From: Nitrospinota bacterium
GTDB taxonomy: Bacteria; UBA8248
Assembly (NCBI GenBank): GCA_046581755.1
Contig: JAYGFR010000352.1
Coordinates: 1-16,144, forward strand
DNA: 16,144 nt
Reading direction: 5' to 3'
Of this stretch, positions 1 through 7,982 are shown piece after piece (position 1 is the first letter of the stretch; the number at the start of each line of letters is the position of its first letter). The notes below the pieces were generated by a model that had not been told where the DNA came from, searched no databases, and was given only the letters and a program-made list of their open reading frames with translations. The position numbers were made by a program, and so were the translations under genes.

Positions 1-69
1 TGGCCGAGAGCGGCATCGGGGCCTAGTTCGTTCAGATGATGAGGTGATTGCACTCGAGCTCCTCCCAAT

Positions 70-150
70 CTCGACAACTGCACGTTGAAGCCGCACTGCA
101 ACTCCATATAAGCTGAACTCGACAACTGCACGCGGAAGCCGCACTGCAAC
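70..150. repeat. 33-bp direct repeat, two copies (70-102, 118-150), 48-bp period
   Basis: CTCGACAACTGCACG[TT/CG]GAAGCCGCACTGCAAC, 31/33 identical, separated by 15 bp (TCCATATAAGCTGAA). Lies downstream of the hydantoinase B stop. Confidence 0.9.
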
Positions 151-195
151 GGACTGTTTTAATCGCCCAATGCCGCTTGATCAGGGATTCGCCAT

Positions 196-1938
196 TTACA
201 GATCCATCATTGCCGCATTGCGCATCCGTGCTCTCATGGGATCGGTTTCCTCGTGGTGAAGTTTCCCTTCCTTGACGACCACGCCCCAAAGGTCCTTCGC
301 GGCCTCGACACCAACCTTCCCGTCGAGCACGTCTTCAAGAACGTGTTCCGGTGGGCGATCTAGGGGACTACCGAAGCCGCCACCGCCGGAGGTCCACATG
401 ACGACGCGGTCGCCCTTCATTAAATGGATGGTCTTCTTCGACGGGATCACTTCCTCCGTCCCGTCGGCACGGATCACGACGGTGCGCGACGAGGCACCGG
501 GAAGGCCTCCTGCCAGGCCCCAGGGCTGGGTGTAGTGGCGTTCTCCGCGATGGGAAAGGACCACGTCGTCGCAAAGGCACTCGTATTCCTTTTCGAAACC
601 ACATCCGCCGCGGAAACGCCCGGCGCCACCGGAATCGGGACGAAGCCGAAAATAATGAATTCGCATGGGAGCCATCAATTCGGCGACTTCGATAGGGATA
701 CCGGAGGCATTAGAAGTGTCGGTGAAAATGCAGTCGATGCCGTCCTTCGTCGGGCGCGCGCCCATGCCGCCAGTCCCCATCTCGGAAAGGATGAAGGCCC
801 GCCCCGTGAGCTTGTCGAAGCCGCCGAAGTGCCCTTGCAGAGGATGGCCGTTGTTGGCCGCCGGCACGCGATCCGGCAGGGCCTGGGCCATGGCCCCCAG
901 AGTGGCATCGACGACCCGCCGCAGCGTGACCGAGCGGCAATTGACGGCAGCCGGCCGCTGCGGGTTGAGAATACTCTTTTCCGGAATCTTGAGGTGAATC
1001 ATCCGGTAGCATCCCTCGTTGTTGGGGATCTCTGGATCGGTAAGGACGCGGATTACGTAGCGAACCGCCGACAGCGCGCACGATGGCACCGCATTGAGGG
1101 GACCCCGCACCTGGGGACTTGTTCCGGTGAAATCGACGTGAATTTCCGAACCCTCCACCGTCACGGCAACGCTGATGGGAATGCGTTTGTCCAGATCGAC
1201 GCCATCGTTGTCCAGCCAGTCGGTAAAGCGGTAGGTCCCGTCGGGAATCGTGGCGATGGCATCCCGGGTTTGAGACTCGGCCAGATCGAGGAGGTCCGCC
1301 ATCGCCTTGAGGATCACGTCGAGTCCGTACATGTCAATGAGAGCCACCAACTCGTCGACCGCCGTTCGGCCACATGCCACCTGGGCGTTTAGATCGCCGA
1401 AGATCAAGTCAGGATAGCGCACGTTGCGCCGGATGATGGCCTGCACCGCCTGTGACATCCTTCCCTTTTCGATCAGCTTGAGGGGCGGGATGCAGAGCCC
1501 TTCCTCGAAGATGTCCGTGGCATCCACCGGGTTCGATCCCGGCGTGCGGCCGCCCACGTCCTGGTGGTGGGCCAGCGAGACGGCCAGCGCCACGGTCTCC
1601 CCCCGGTAAAAGACGGGCACGATGCAGACGATATCCGGGTTGTGCTGTCCGCCGTTGTAGGGATCGTTCATGATGACCACATCGCCCTCCTCCAGGGCGT
1701 GAGCGGGAAATGCGGCCAGCATGGCTTTCACCGCCGGCGGCATGCTGCCGAGATGAACGGGCAGCGCCAGGCCCTGGGCGATGGTGTCGCCCTCGGGGCC
1801 GAAGAGCGCCACCGAGCAGTCGGACCCTTCCTTGATGATTCCCGAATAGGCACAGCGGATGAGAGTCGATTCCATGTTATCTGCGATGGCATCGAAGCGG
1901 TGGCGCAGCACTTCGAGCGTGATCGGATCAAGACTCAT
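196..1938 (-). CDS. hyuB: Hydantoinase B/oxoprolinase family protein (HyuB-like metal-binding subunit), copy 1, 580 aa
   Basis: N-terminal DPITLEVL, NDPYNGGQHNPD, AHHQDVGG, DSGGAGRFRGG and SGGGGFGSP motifs. ATGA overlap with the upstream A subunit stop (1935-1938). Confidence 0.93.
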   Translation of the reverse strand: MSLDPITLEVLRHRFDAIADNMESTLIRCAYSGIIKEGSDCSVALFGPEGDTIAQGLALPVHLGSMPPAVKAMLAAFPAHALEEGDVVIMNDPYNGGQHNPDIVCIVPVFYRGETVALAVSLAHHQDVGGRTPGSNPVDATDIFEEGLCIPPLKLIEKGRMSQAVQAIIRRNVRYPDLIFGDLNAQVACGRTAVDELVALIDMYGLDVILKAMADLLDLAESQTRDAIATIPDGTYRFTDWLDNDGVDLDKRIPISVAVTVEGSEIHVDFTGTSPQVRGPLNAVPSCALSAVRYVIRVLTDPEIPNNEGCYRMIHLKIPEKSILNPQRPAAVNCRSVTLRRVVDATLGAMAQALPDRVPAANNGHPLQGHFGGFDKLTGRAFILSEMGTGGMGARPTKDGIDCIFTDTSNASGIPIEVAELMAPMRIHYFRLRPDSGGAGRFRGGCGFEKEYECLCDDVVLSHRGERHYTQPWGLAGGLPGASSRTVVIRADGTEEVIPSKKTIHLMKGDRVVMWTSGGGGFGSPLDRPPEHVLEDVLDGKVGVEAAKDLWGVVVKEGKLHHEETDPMRARMRNAAMMDL

Positions 1939-4001
1939 TTGGTGTAGGCCTCCGAGATTCCGCTAATGAAGAGATTGCGGTGGTCGTCCACCAGCGCCGT
2001 CTGGCCGGGATAGATAAGAACGGTGGTGTCTGTCTGTTCGACGACGGCCGGCCCGCCAATGGTCACGCCCGGGCTCAGGCGGTCTCGGCCGTAGATTTTG
2101 GTCGAGAGCGGCCGCTCCGAGCCAAGGAACCACACCTCCGATTCTCTGAGCAGTGCGTCCTCGCCGATTCCAGTATGGTGGAGTCGCAAGTGATCCAGGG
2201 TCTCCACGGGATTGTAGGCCACGGCGCGTACGTTGACGATTTCCACCTCGCTCTTGTTAGAGAAACCATAGAGGCGCGTGTACTGGTCTTCAAAGTCGGA
2301 GCCTAATTGATCGATCGCATTCGCGCCGTCCCTTTCTTCGCGAATTGGTACGGTGATCTCGTAGGACTGGCCGATGTAGCGCAGATCGGCGCTGTGCCGC
2401 ACGCGGACTTGGTCCACGTTGAATCCGTCGTCGCGCATGATGGCGATGCAGCGTTCCCCGACATCCTTCATCACCCCCATCAGGTCCCTGTGGTCGGCCT
2501 CGTCGGCGCGGCGCAGGAAGCTGGCCTGCCGCTCCATCTCGACGTTGACGTTGAGAAGCCCGAAGGCAGACAAAACGCCAGGAGTCTGGGGAATAAGGCA
2601 TCCTTTCATACCGAGCATGGAGATCATTGCCCCGGCGTGCAGTGGACCGGCGCCGCCGAAGGCCATGAGGGTGAAGCGGCGGGGATCGTGGCCCCGCTTG
2701 ATGGTGATGAGCCGGATCTGTTCCGCCATCTGGACGTTCAAGATGCGATGTGCCCCGAGCGCCACCTCCACCGGCGACATTCCGAGCCTGTCTCCGATCT
2801 CCCCCAGGACCCGTTTTGCGGCCTTCGAATCGAGTTCCAGTTCGCCACCGGCAAATGTCTTCGGGTTCAGATATCCCAGCACGAGGCTGCTGTCGGTGAC
2901 GGTGGGCCTGGAGCCACCGCGCCCGTAGCAGGCAGGACCAGGGTCCGAACCGGCGCTGCGTGGCCCTACCCGAAGCCTGCCGGCCGCGTCCAGCCACAGA
3001 AGGCTGCCGCCGCCGGCGCCAATGGTGTTGATGCCCACCATGCTGATCGGTACGGTGTAGCCGGCGATCTCGCCCGACGGATTGACCGCCGGCACCCCGC
3101 CGCTGATCAACGCCACATCGCAACTGGTTCCCCCGATGTCGAGGGTAACCACATCCGCATACCCGGCTACGCTGGCAAGCTTGGCGCCGCCCACCACGCC
3201 GCCGGCGGGGCCGGAAAGGAAGAGATGAACCGGCTGTTGCCCGGCGATGCGAGTCGAGGTAACGCCGCCCCGCGACTGCATGACGTGAATTTCCGCCTTG
3301 ACCCCAAAATCATGCATGCGCCCCTCCAAGTCGGCCATGAAGCGTTCCACCGTCGGTCGCATGTACGCATCGAAGGCCGTCACCACGGTTCGTTCGTACT
3401 CACGGAAAATGGGATTGACCTCCGAGGACAGCGACACCGAGACTTCGGGACAGACCTCCTTGATGATCTCGCGCGTCCGCACCTCGTGTATGTCGTTCTT
3501 AAAGGCGTAGAGATAGACCACGGCCACCGCTTCGATCCCATGGTCGCGGTGGAGGGATGTGATGCGTTCGGCGACGAAGTCCTCGTCCAGGGGCTCAATC
3601 ACGTCGCCCACGTGGTCCAGGCGCTCGGGCACCCCAACGCGGTAGCGTCGCGGGCAAAGAAAGATTGGTGTCTGCACGTCGATGTTGAGGTCGTACATGC
3701 TGCGCCGTTTCAGGCGCCCAATCTCCAGCACATCCTCAAATCCCCGAGTGGTGAAGACACTGATCTTGGCGCCTGTCCGTTGGACCACTACATTGGTGGC
3801 GATGGTGGTGCCGTGGGTGATGCGCTCGATCGCTGCGGCATCCGTGCCGGCGATACGCAATACCTTTCGTACACCGTCGATGACGCCGGCGATGATGTCC
3901 CGGGAGTTGGTGTTGACCTTGGTGAAGTGTATCTCTCCCGATGCCCTGTCCACGCACACGACGTCGGTGAAGGTGCCGCCGATGTCGACTCCGATGATCA
4001 T
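1935..4001 (-). CDS. hyuA: Hydantoinase A/oxoprolinase family protein (HyuA-like ATP-binding subunit), copy 1, 688 aa
   Basis: GVDIGGTFTD, HGTTIATN, EYERT, LSGPAGG, DIGGTSCD, IGAGGGS, SAGSDPGPACYGRGG and RYIGQSYE motifs. Confidence 0.95.
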   Translation of the reverse strand: MIIGVDIGGTFTDVVCVDRASGEIHFTKVNTNSRDIIAGVIDGVRKVLRIAGTDAAAIERITHGTTIATNVVVQRTGAKISVFTTRGFEDVLEIGRLKRRSMYDLNIDVQTPIFLCPRRYRVGVPERLDHVGDVIEPLDEDFVAERITSLHRDHGIEAVAVVYLYAFKNDIHEVRTREIIKEVCPEVSVSLSSEVNPIFREYERTVVTAFDAYMRPTVERFMADLEGRMHDFGVKAEIHVMQSRGGVTSTRIAGQQPVHLFLSGPAGGVVGGAKLASVAGYADVVTLDIGGTSCDVALISGGVPAVNPSGEIAGYTVPISMVGINTIGAGGGSLLWLDAAGRLRVGPRSAGSDPGPACYGRGGSRPTVTDSSLVLGYLNPKTFAGGELELDSKAAKRVLGEIGDRLGMSPVEVALGAHRILNVQMAEQIRLITIKRGHDPRRFTLMAFGGAGPLHAGAMISMLGMKGCLIPQTPGVLSAFGLLNVNVEMERQASFLRRADEADHRDLMGVMKDVGERCIAIMRDDGFNVDQVRVRHSADLRYIGQSYEITVPIREERDGANAIDQLGSDFEDQYTRLYGFSNKSEVEIVNVRAVAYNPVETLDHLRLHHTGIGEDALLRESEVWFLGSERPLSTKIYGRDRLSPGVTIGGPAVVEQTDTTVLIYPGQTALVDDHRNLFISGISEAYTK

Positions 4002-4013
4002 TGTGAGGACGCG

Positions 4014-5402
4014 CTAGATTTCGATCTCGACCCGCCGGAAGACCTGCCGGTGGTCGTCAATCCGGATGGGATGATAGATGCTGAACTCGTAGACCGGGCC
4101 GCCGTCAAACGCGCCCGGCGACAGCGTAATCGCCACGTTTCCTGCGGTGGTGTAGCGCCCCGGGTAGCGCCAGAACGCGACCCTGGTCTGCAGATCGTAA
4201 GCGATATTGCGGGCCAGTTCGGCGGTTTCGGCCACCACGTCGGCAACCACGCCGACCTCGGCAGACATCTCGCTGGTGGCGGGCTCGGAATCCTGCAGGA
4301 CAGCGTTTTTGCCGAACTTGTGCCAATGGATTCGGAACCGGCCATAGTCGCCGAAACGCTGCTCCGCGATCTGATCCACTTCGGCGAGGATCTCGTCAAG
4401 CTGCTCGATCATGCGCGGCGTGCGGACGCCGAAGATGAAAACATACCGATGGCCGGCCGGCTTTGTGCCCTCCAGGAGGATCGAGTAGGGGTCCTCGACG
4501 AACTTGGAACCCCATATCCTGGTGGTGTTTGGGTCGTGCTGGGCGTAGTGCGCCCCGCTCTTGTCCAGTGTCCCGCCGGGCACCTTGGAAGTATGGATAT
4601 CCATGCGCTCGTAAAAGGAATGCATGAGGCAAGAGTTGGGCGTGCAAGCAAGCGAGTCGTGGGCGGGTCGGAGATAAAAGCACTCCTTTTCCATACGCCC
4701 GATGATGGGGATGCGATTATGGGCGAGCGCCCGCAGGGTGGGGCGAATTTCCTCCGCCGCCGACTCACCGCACTCCATGATGTCACCCATGTGATAGGAG
4801 AGCCCCGGATCAAAGCCTTTCCATATCGGGTAGGCGGCGATCACCGCCGAATCGGATGCGCGCCCGCACACCACCACGTCGGCACCGTCCCTTAGAGCGT
4901 CGATGATCGGCTCCGCCCCCATGAGCCCGACGATCACGTTGCTCTCCTCGACCGCATCGACGCCCAGCGGGCTCTTGTCCTCCAGGCTGAATGCACCTGC
5001 AATGCAACCATTTTCGGCGCGCTCGAGAAGGAACTCCTTGGACACGTCCGAATAAATGACCGCCATCTTGAGGCGCAGCGAATGCTCCTTCGCCACCTTG
5101 CGGATCATGTCCACCGTGCTGTTCACGTGAGCCCTGGCGCCGGAACCCCCTGCCGTGCCTATGATGACGGGAATCCCTTTAGGGACCGCCGCGCCTAGGA
5201 TGACCTCCAGGTCCCAAAGGATGTCGAAGGTGGGGCTGTGGGCCAGGCCGGCACCCAGGTACCACGGACCGCAGTCCATTGACCCGGCATCCATGGCCAG
5301 CGCGTCGGGCGAGGTTTCGTCAATCGCCTTTAGCAATACATCCTTGTCGACCCCGCGGTTGCCGATACAACCCACCGGCGTGATGATCGTGACGTTGTCC
5401 AT
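4014..5402 (-). CDS. Acyclic terpene utilization AtuA-family (DUF1446) protein, 462 aa
   Basis: N-terminal TPVGCIG..MDAGSMDCGPWYLGAG, IIGTAGGSG, MGAEPIIDALRDGADVVVCGRASD and MECG motifs. Adjacent to DUF4387, its usual partner. GAGG upstream of the ATG. Confidence 0.8.
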   Translation of the reverse strand: MDNVTIITPVGCIGNRGVDKDVLLKAIDETSPDALAMDAGSMDCGPWYLGAGLAHSPTFDILWDLEVILGAAVPKGIPVIIGTAGGSGARAHVNSTVDMIRKVAKEHSLRLKMAVIYSDVSKEFLLERAENGCIAGAFSLEDKSPLGVDAVEESNVIVGLMGAEPIIDALRDGADVVVCGRASDSAVIAAYPIWKGFDPGLSYHMGDIMECGESAAEEIRPTLRALAHNRIPIIGRMEKECFYLRPAHDSLACTPNSCLMHSFYERMDIHTSKVPGGTLDKSGAHYAQHDPNTTRIWGSKFVEDPYSILLEGTKPAGHRYVFIFGVRTPRMIEQLDEILAEVDQIAEQRFGDYGRFRIHWHKFGKNAVLQDSEPATSEMSAEVGVVADVVAETAELARNIAYDLQTRVAFWRYPGRYTTAGNVAITLSPGAFDGGPVYEFSIYHPIRIDDHRQVFRRVEIEI

Positions 5403-5412
5403 CCTTCGATCC

Positions 5413-5727
5413 TCAGTTCGGCACCAGTTCTCTCAACAACCCGGCCAGCGGTTCCTCCTGGTTCATGCCGTAGCAGTCGGAGTCCCCAGGGTGGCCGCAA
5501 GTTTGCCGGCGCCTGAGCGAAATTTTGGCCGCCTTGAGTTCGTCGAAAAAACCGAATGAAAGGACGTCTTTCTTATTGACCCGGAAAGCAGCGGCGATGT
5601 TTTCCTCGCCCAGGCGCTGCTTGACCGTTTCGTAGTCCTCGGCCTCACCGAAAACCACGTCAAAGGTGATCACGAACGGCCCAGCGTTCTTGCTGCGAAG
5701 AACCTTAAGGCGGCCAATAATGTCCAA
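5413..5727 (-). CDS. DUF4387 family protein, about 104 aa, TTG start
   Basis: LRSKNAGPFVITFDVVF and GHPGDSDCYGMNQ motifs. GGAGG (5737-5741) lies 9 nt upstream of TTG at 5727, so the ORF-track start at 5811 is probably too long. Confidence 0.8.
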   Translation of the reverse strand: MDIIGRLKVLRSKNAGPFVITFDVVFGEAEDYETVKQRLGEENIAAAFRVNKKDVLSFGFFDELKAAKISLRRRQTCGHPGDSDCYGMNQEEPLAGLLRELVPN

Positions 5728-6203
5728 TACGCCGTTCCTCCAAAAATCATTGGCAGGTGTCATTGGCCGTTGCCGATACGCCTGTGAACCGTGCCGGCTT
5801 TCGCGGCCCATTCAGACCCGTCGATCGTGGCCGGATTGACGACGCTCTCGTTCCCTACAATCCCGGAATCTTAGGAATCCCTCATACTACAACCCTCTCG
5901 GTGCCGTCCGCAACGCGCTCCTATGCGCGCGACCGGCCGTCCCCGCCCTCCAGGCAGACGCGCGGAACCGAATTCGGGAAGGCCATCGTCACATAGACCG
6001 GGCGCGGGTGACCTTGTCAACGGACCACGTCTTCGGGTGAACTGGCCTGGCCGCCCCGCCGATGGTGGTGGTGCTGATCGCACACATTCTGGTGCCTTGG
6101 TGATTTCCTGGGCTGCGATCCGGTCTGGTTCGAGGTAATCATCGTGCTCGTTAGTGAGGCCGAGCCGAACCCGATTCGAAAATTCGCCGTTCGTGCCGCG
6201 GTG

Positions 6204-7982
6204 TCATCGAGGTTGGCGATGCTGGAGGGCGGGCGGCACCTCGTCTTGCCCCGCCTTGCCCTTCGCCTGGTCGCGGAGGCGATCGGTCGCTTCGCGGTCC
6301 ACCTTAGTGCTATCCCCTTCAATCACTACACCATAGGCCTCCTGCGCGTGGTCCGGCGTCACTTTGCCCTGGCGGATGTCTTCGAGCACCTCCTGGGGAT
6401 CGCGTTCGAAGGGATCGCCGTAGCCGCCACTGCCGGCCATTTCGGCGCGCAGGACGTCTCCCCCCTTCAGGATGCGCACGAACTTGGACGGCAGGATTTT
6501 GGCATCGGTGGCCGGATTGAGCACCAGTCGGGGCGGGGCACTGGGCCTACCGCCGAACAGACCCCAAGGTTGAAAGGTCTGCCGGTCAGAGCGCACCTGC
6601 ACCGTCGCCTCGTCGGCGAGCAGTCGGTACTGGCGCACCACCCCGAGCGCACCCCGGTGCTTGCCGGGGCCACCGGTATCGGGCAGGAAGCCGTATTCTT
6701 CGATGCGCACCGGGTTCTCTGACTCAAGGACCTCGACGGGCACATTCGCGACGTTGCCCAAGCACTAGGGCCCACCCTCTTGACCGTCTCGGTCGACACC
6801 GGCACCGTGTCCTGTCACAACATGAGATTCGACAAACAAGAACGGTTCACGTCCTTGATTCCCCCCGGCCAAGGCAAGGCTGAAGTCCGATCCGCCAGGG
6901 CAGGCAGTCATTCGCTCGGGCAACAACTGGGCCAGGGCGCCGAGAACCACCGTTCGGATGCGGTAGCCGCCCTGTCCGCGGGCGCCGAGCGCCGCCGGGA
7001 AGCGCACGTTGACGAAGGAGCCCTCGGGCGCCGACACCTTGATCGCCCGGTAGAAGCCGGCGTTATTGGGGATGGCTGGATCCAGCGCCGTGCGCACCGC
7101 GGCATAGGTGCACGAGATGGTGAAGGCAAAGTTTGTGTTGAGTGCACCGGTGATTTGGGGTGAAGTGCCGGCATAATCGACGCTGATCTCTTCGCCCTTG
7201 ATGACTAGCCGGATGTGAATCTTTAGCGGAGGCGTGCCGGGGACCCCATAATCGTCGATCCATTCTGTGAACTCGGCCTCGCCATCGGGCAACGCCTTAA
7301 TCCCGGCCCGGGTCAGGCGCTCGGAATAGTCGATCATGTCGGCCATGTATGCCCGGAATTCGGCCACCTCGTAGTCCCCCAACAACTTGGCCACCTCGCG
7401 CCCGCCGAAATTGAGGGCGCTGATCTGAGCGCGAATGTCGGCCAGAACTTGGCTTGGCACGCGCACGTTCTTTTCGATGATGCGCAACAGCATCGTGTTA
7501 AGCCGGTCGCCCTCTTGGATCTTGCTGGGCGGAATTCTCAGGCCTTCCTGGAAGATCTCAGTGCTGTCGGTTGCCTGGCCGCCGGCGACCCGACCGCCCA
7601 TGTCGGTGTGGTGAAGAATCAGGCAGAGAAAGGCGATTAGCTCGCCAGTAGTGGCGTGAATGGGCTTGTACATGAAGATGTCGTTCAAGTGGCTGCCGCC
7701 AGCATAGGGATCGTTGCTGGCCAGAATATCGCCGGGCTGGATGTCGTCGCCGAAGTAGTCGAGACAACCCTTTAGGGCGGGCATGATGGCACCGAGATGG
7801 CCCGGAAGTGCCAGTCCTTGGGCCACCTGGTTGCCTTCGGCGTCGCAAATAGCTGACGAAAAGTCCAGGTTGTTTTTGACGATGGTGGAGCGCGAGGTAC
7901 GCAGCACCGAGACGATCATGCCGTCGGCGATGCTGGCCAGAGCGTTCTGTAACAACTCACGAGTGAACGGGTTCAGAGTCAT
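6204..7982 (-). pseudogene. hyuB: Hydantoinase B/oxoprolinase family protein, copy 2, interrupted by one in-frame TAG at 6765-6767 (nonsense mutation, sequence error or readthrough)
   Basis: ORFs 6765-7982 and 6204-6761 are in one frame: ...DGQEGGP-TAG-CLGNVANVPVEVLE... Read through, they give a 592-aa protein colinear with copy 1 (NDPYAGGSHLND, LHHTDMGG, DTGGPGKHRG, GSGGYGDP). Family identity is firm; pseudogene status is not. Confidence 0.75.

Noticed and set aside
3..26. Possible 3' end of a convergent plus-strand gene (...AESGIGA-TAG)
   Set aside because: Only 7 codons are visible, too few to support a call.
70..150. Repeat pair as a CRISPR array
   Set aside because: Only two units, a 15-bp spacer, no palindromic repeat and no cas genes in the window.
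32..289. 85-aa ORF with duplicated CSAASxCSCR as a RiPP precursor
   Set aside because: Its start lies inside hyuB1, there is no credible start or ribosome-binding site in the intergenic part, and no modifying enzymes are visible. The peptide repeat follows from the DNA repeat.
2307..4895. 862-aa plus-strand ORF, and similar ORFs at 424-1392, 6144-6722 and 8702-10246
   Set aside because: Antisense shadows of well-supported GC-rich genes, with no recognisable motifs.
5757..6322. Short ORFs in the gap between the hydantoinase modules
   Set aside because: Arg/Pro/Gly-rich composition, no motifs and no convincing ribosome-binding sites.
6204..6761. 185-aa ORF as an independent gene family
   Set aside because: It is the in-frame C-terminal third of hyuB copy 2.
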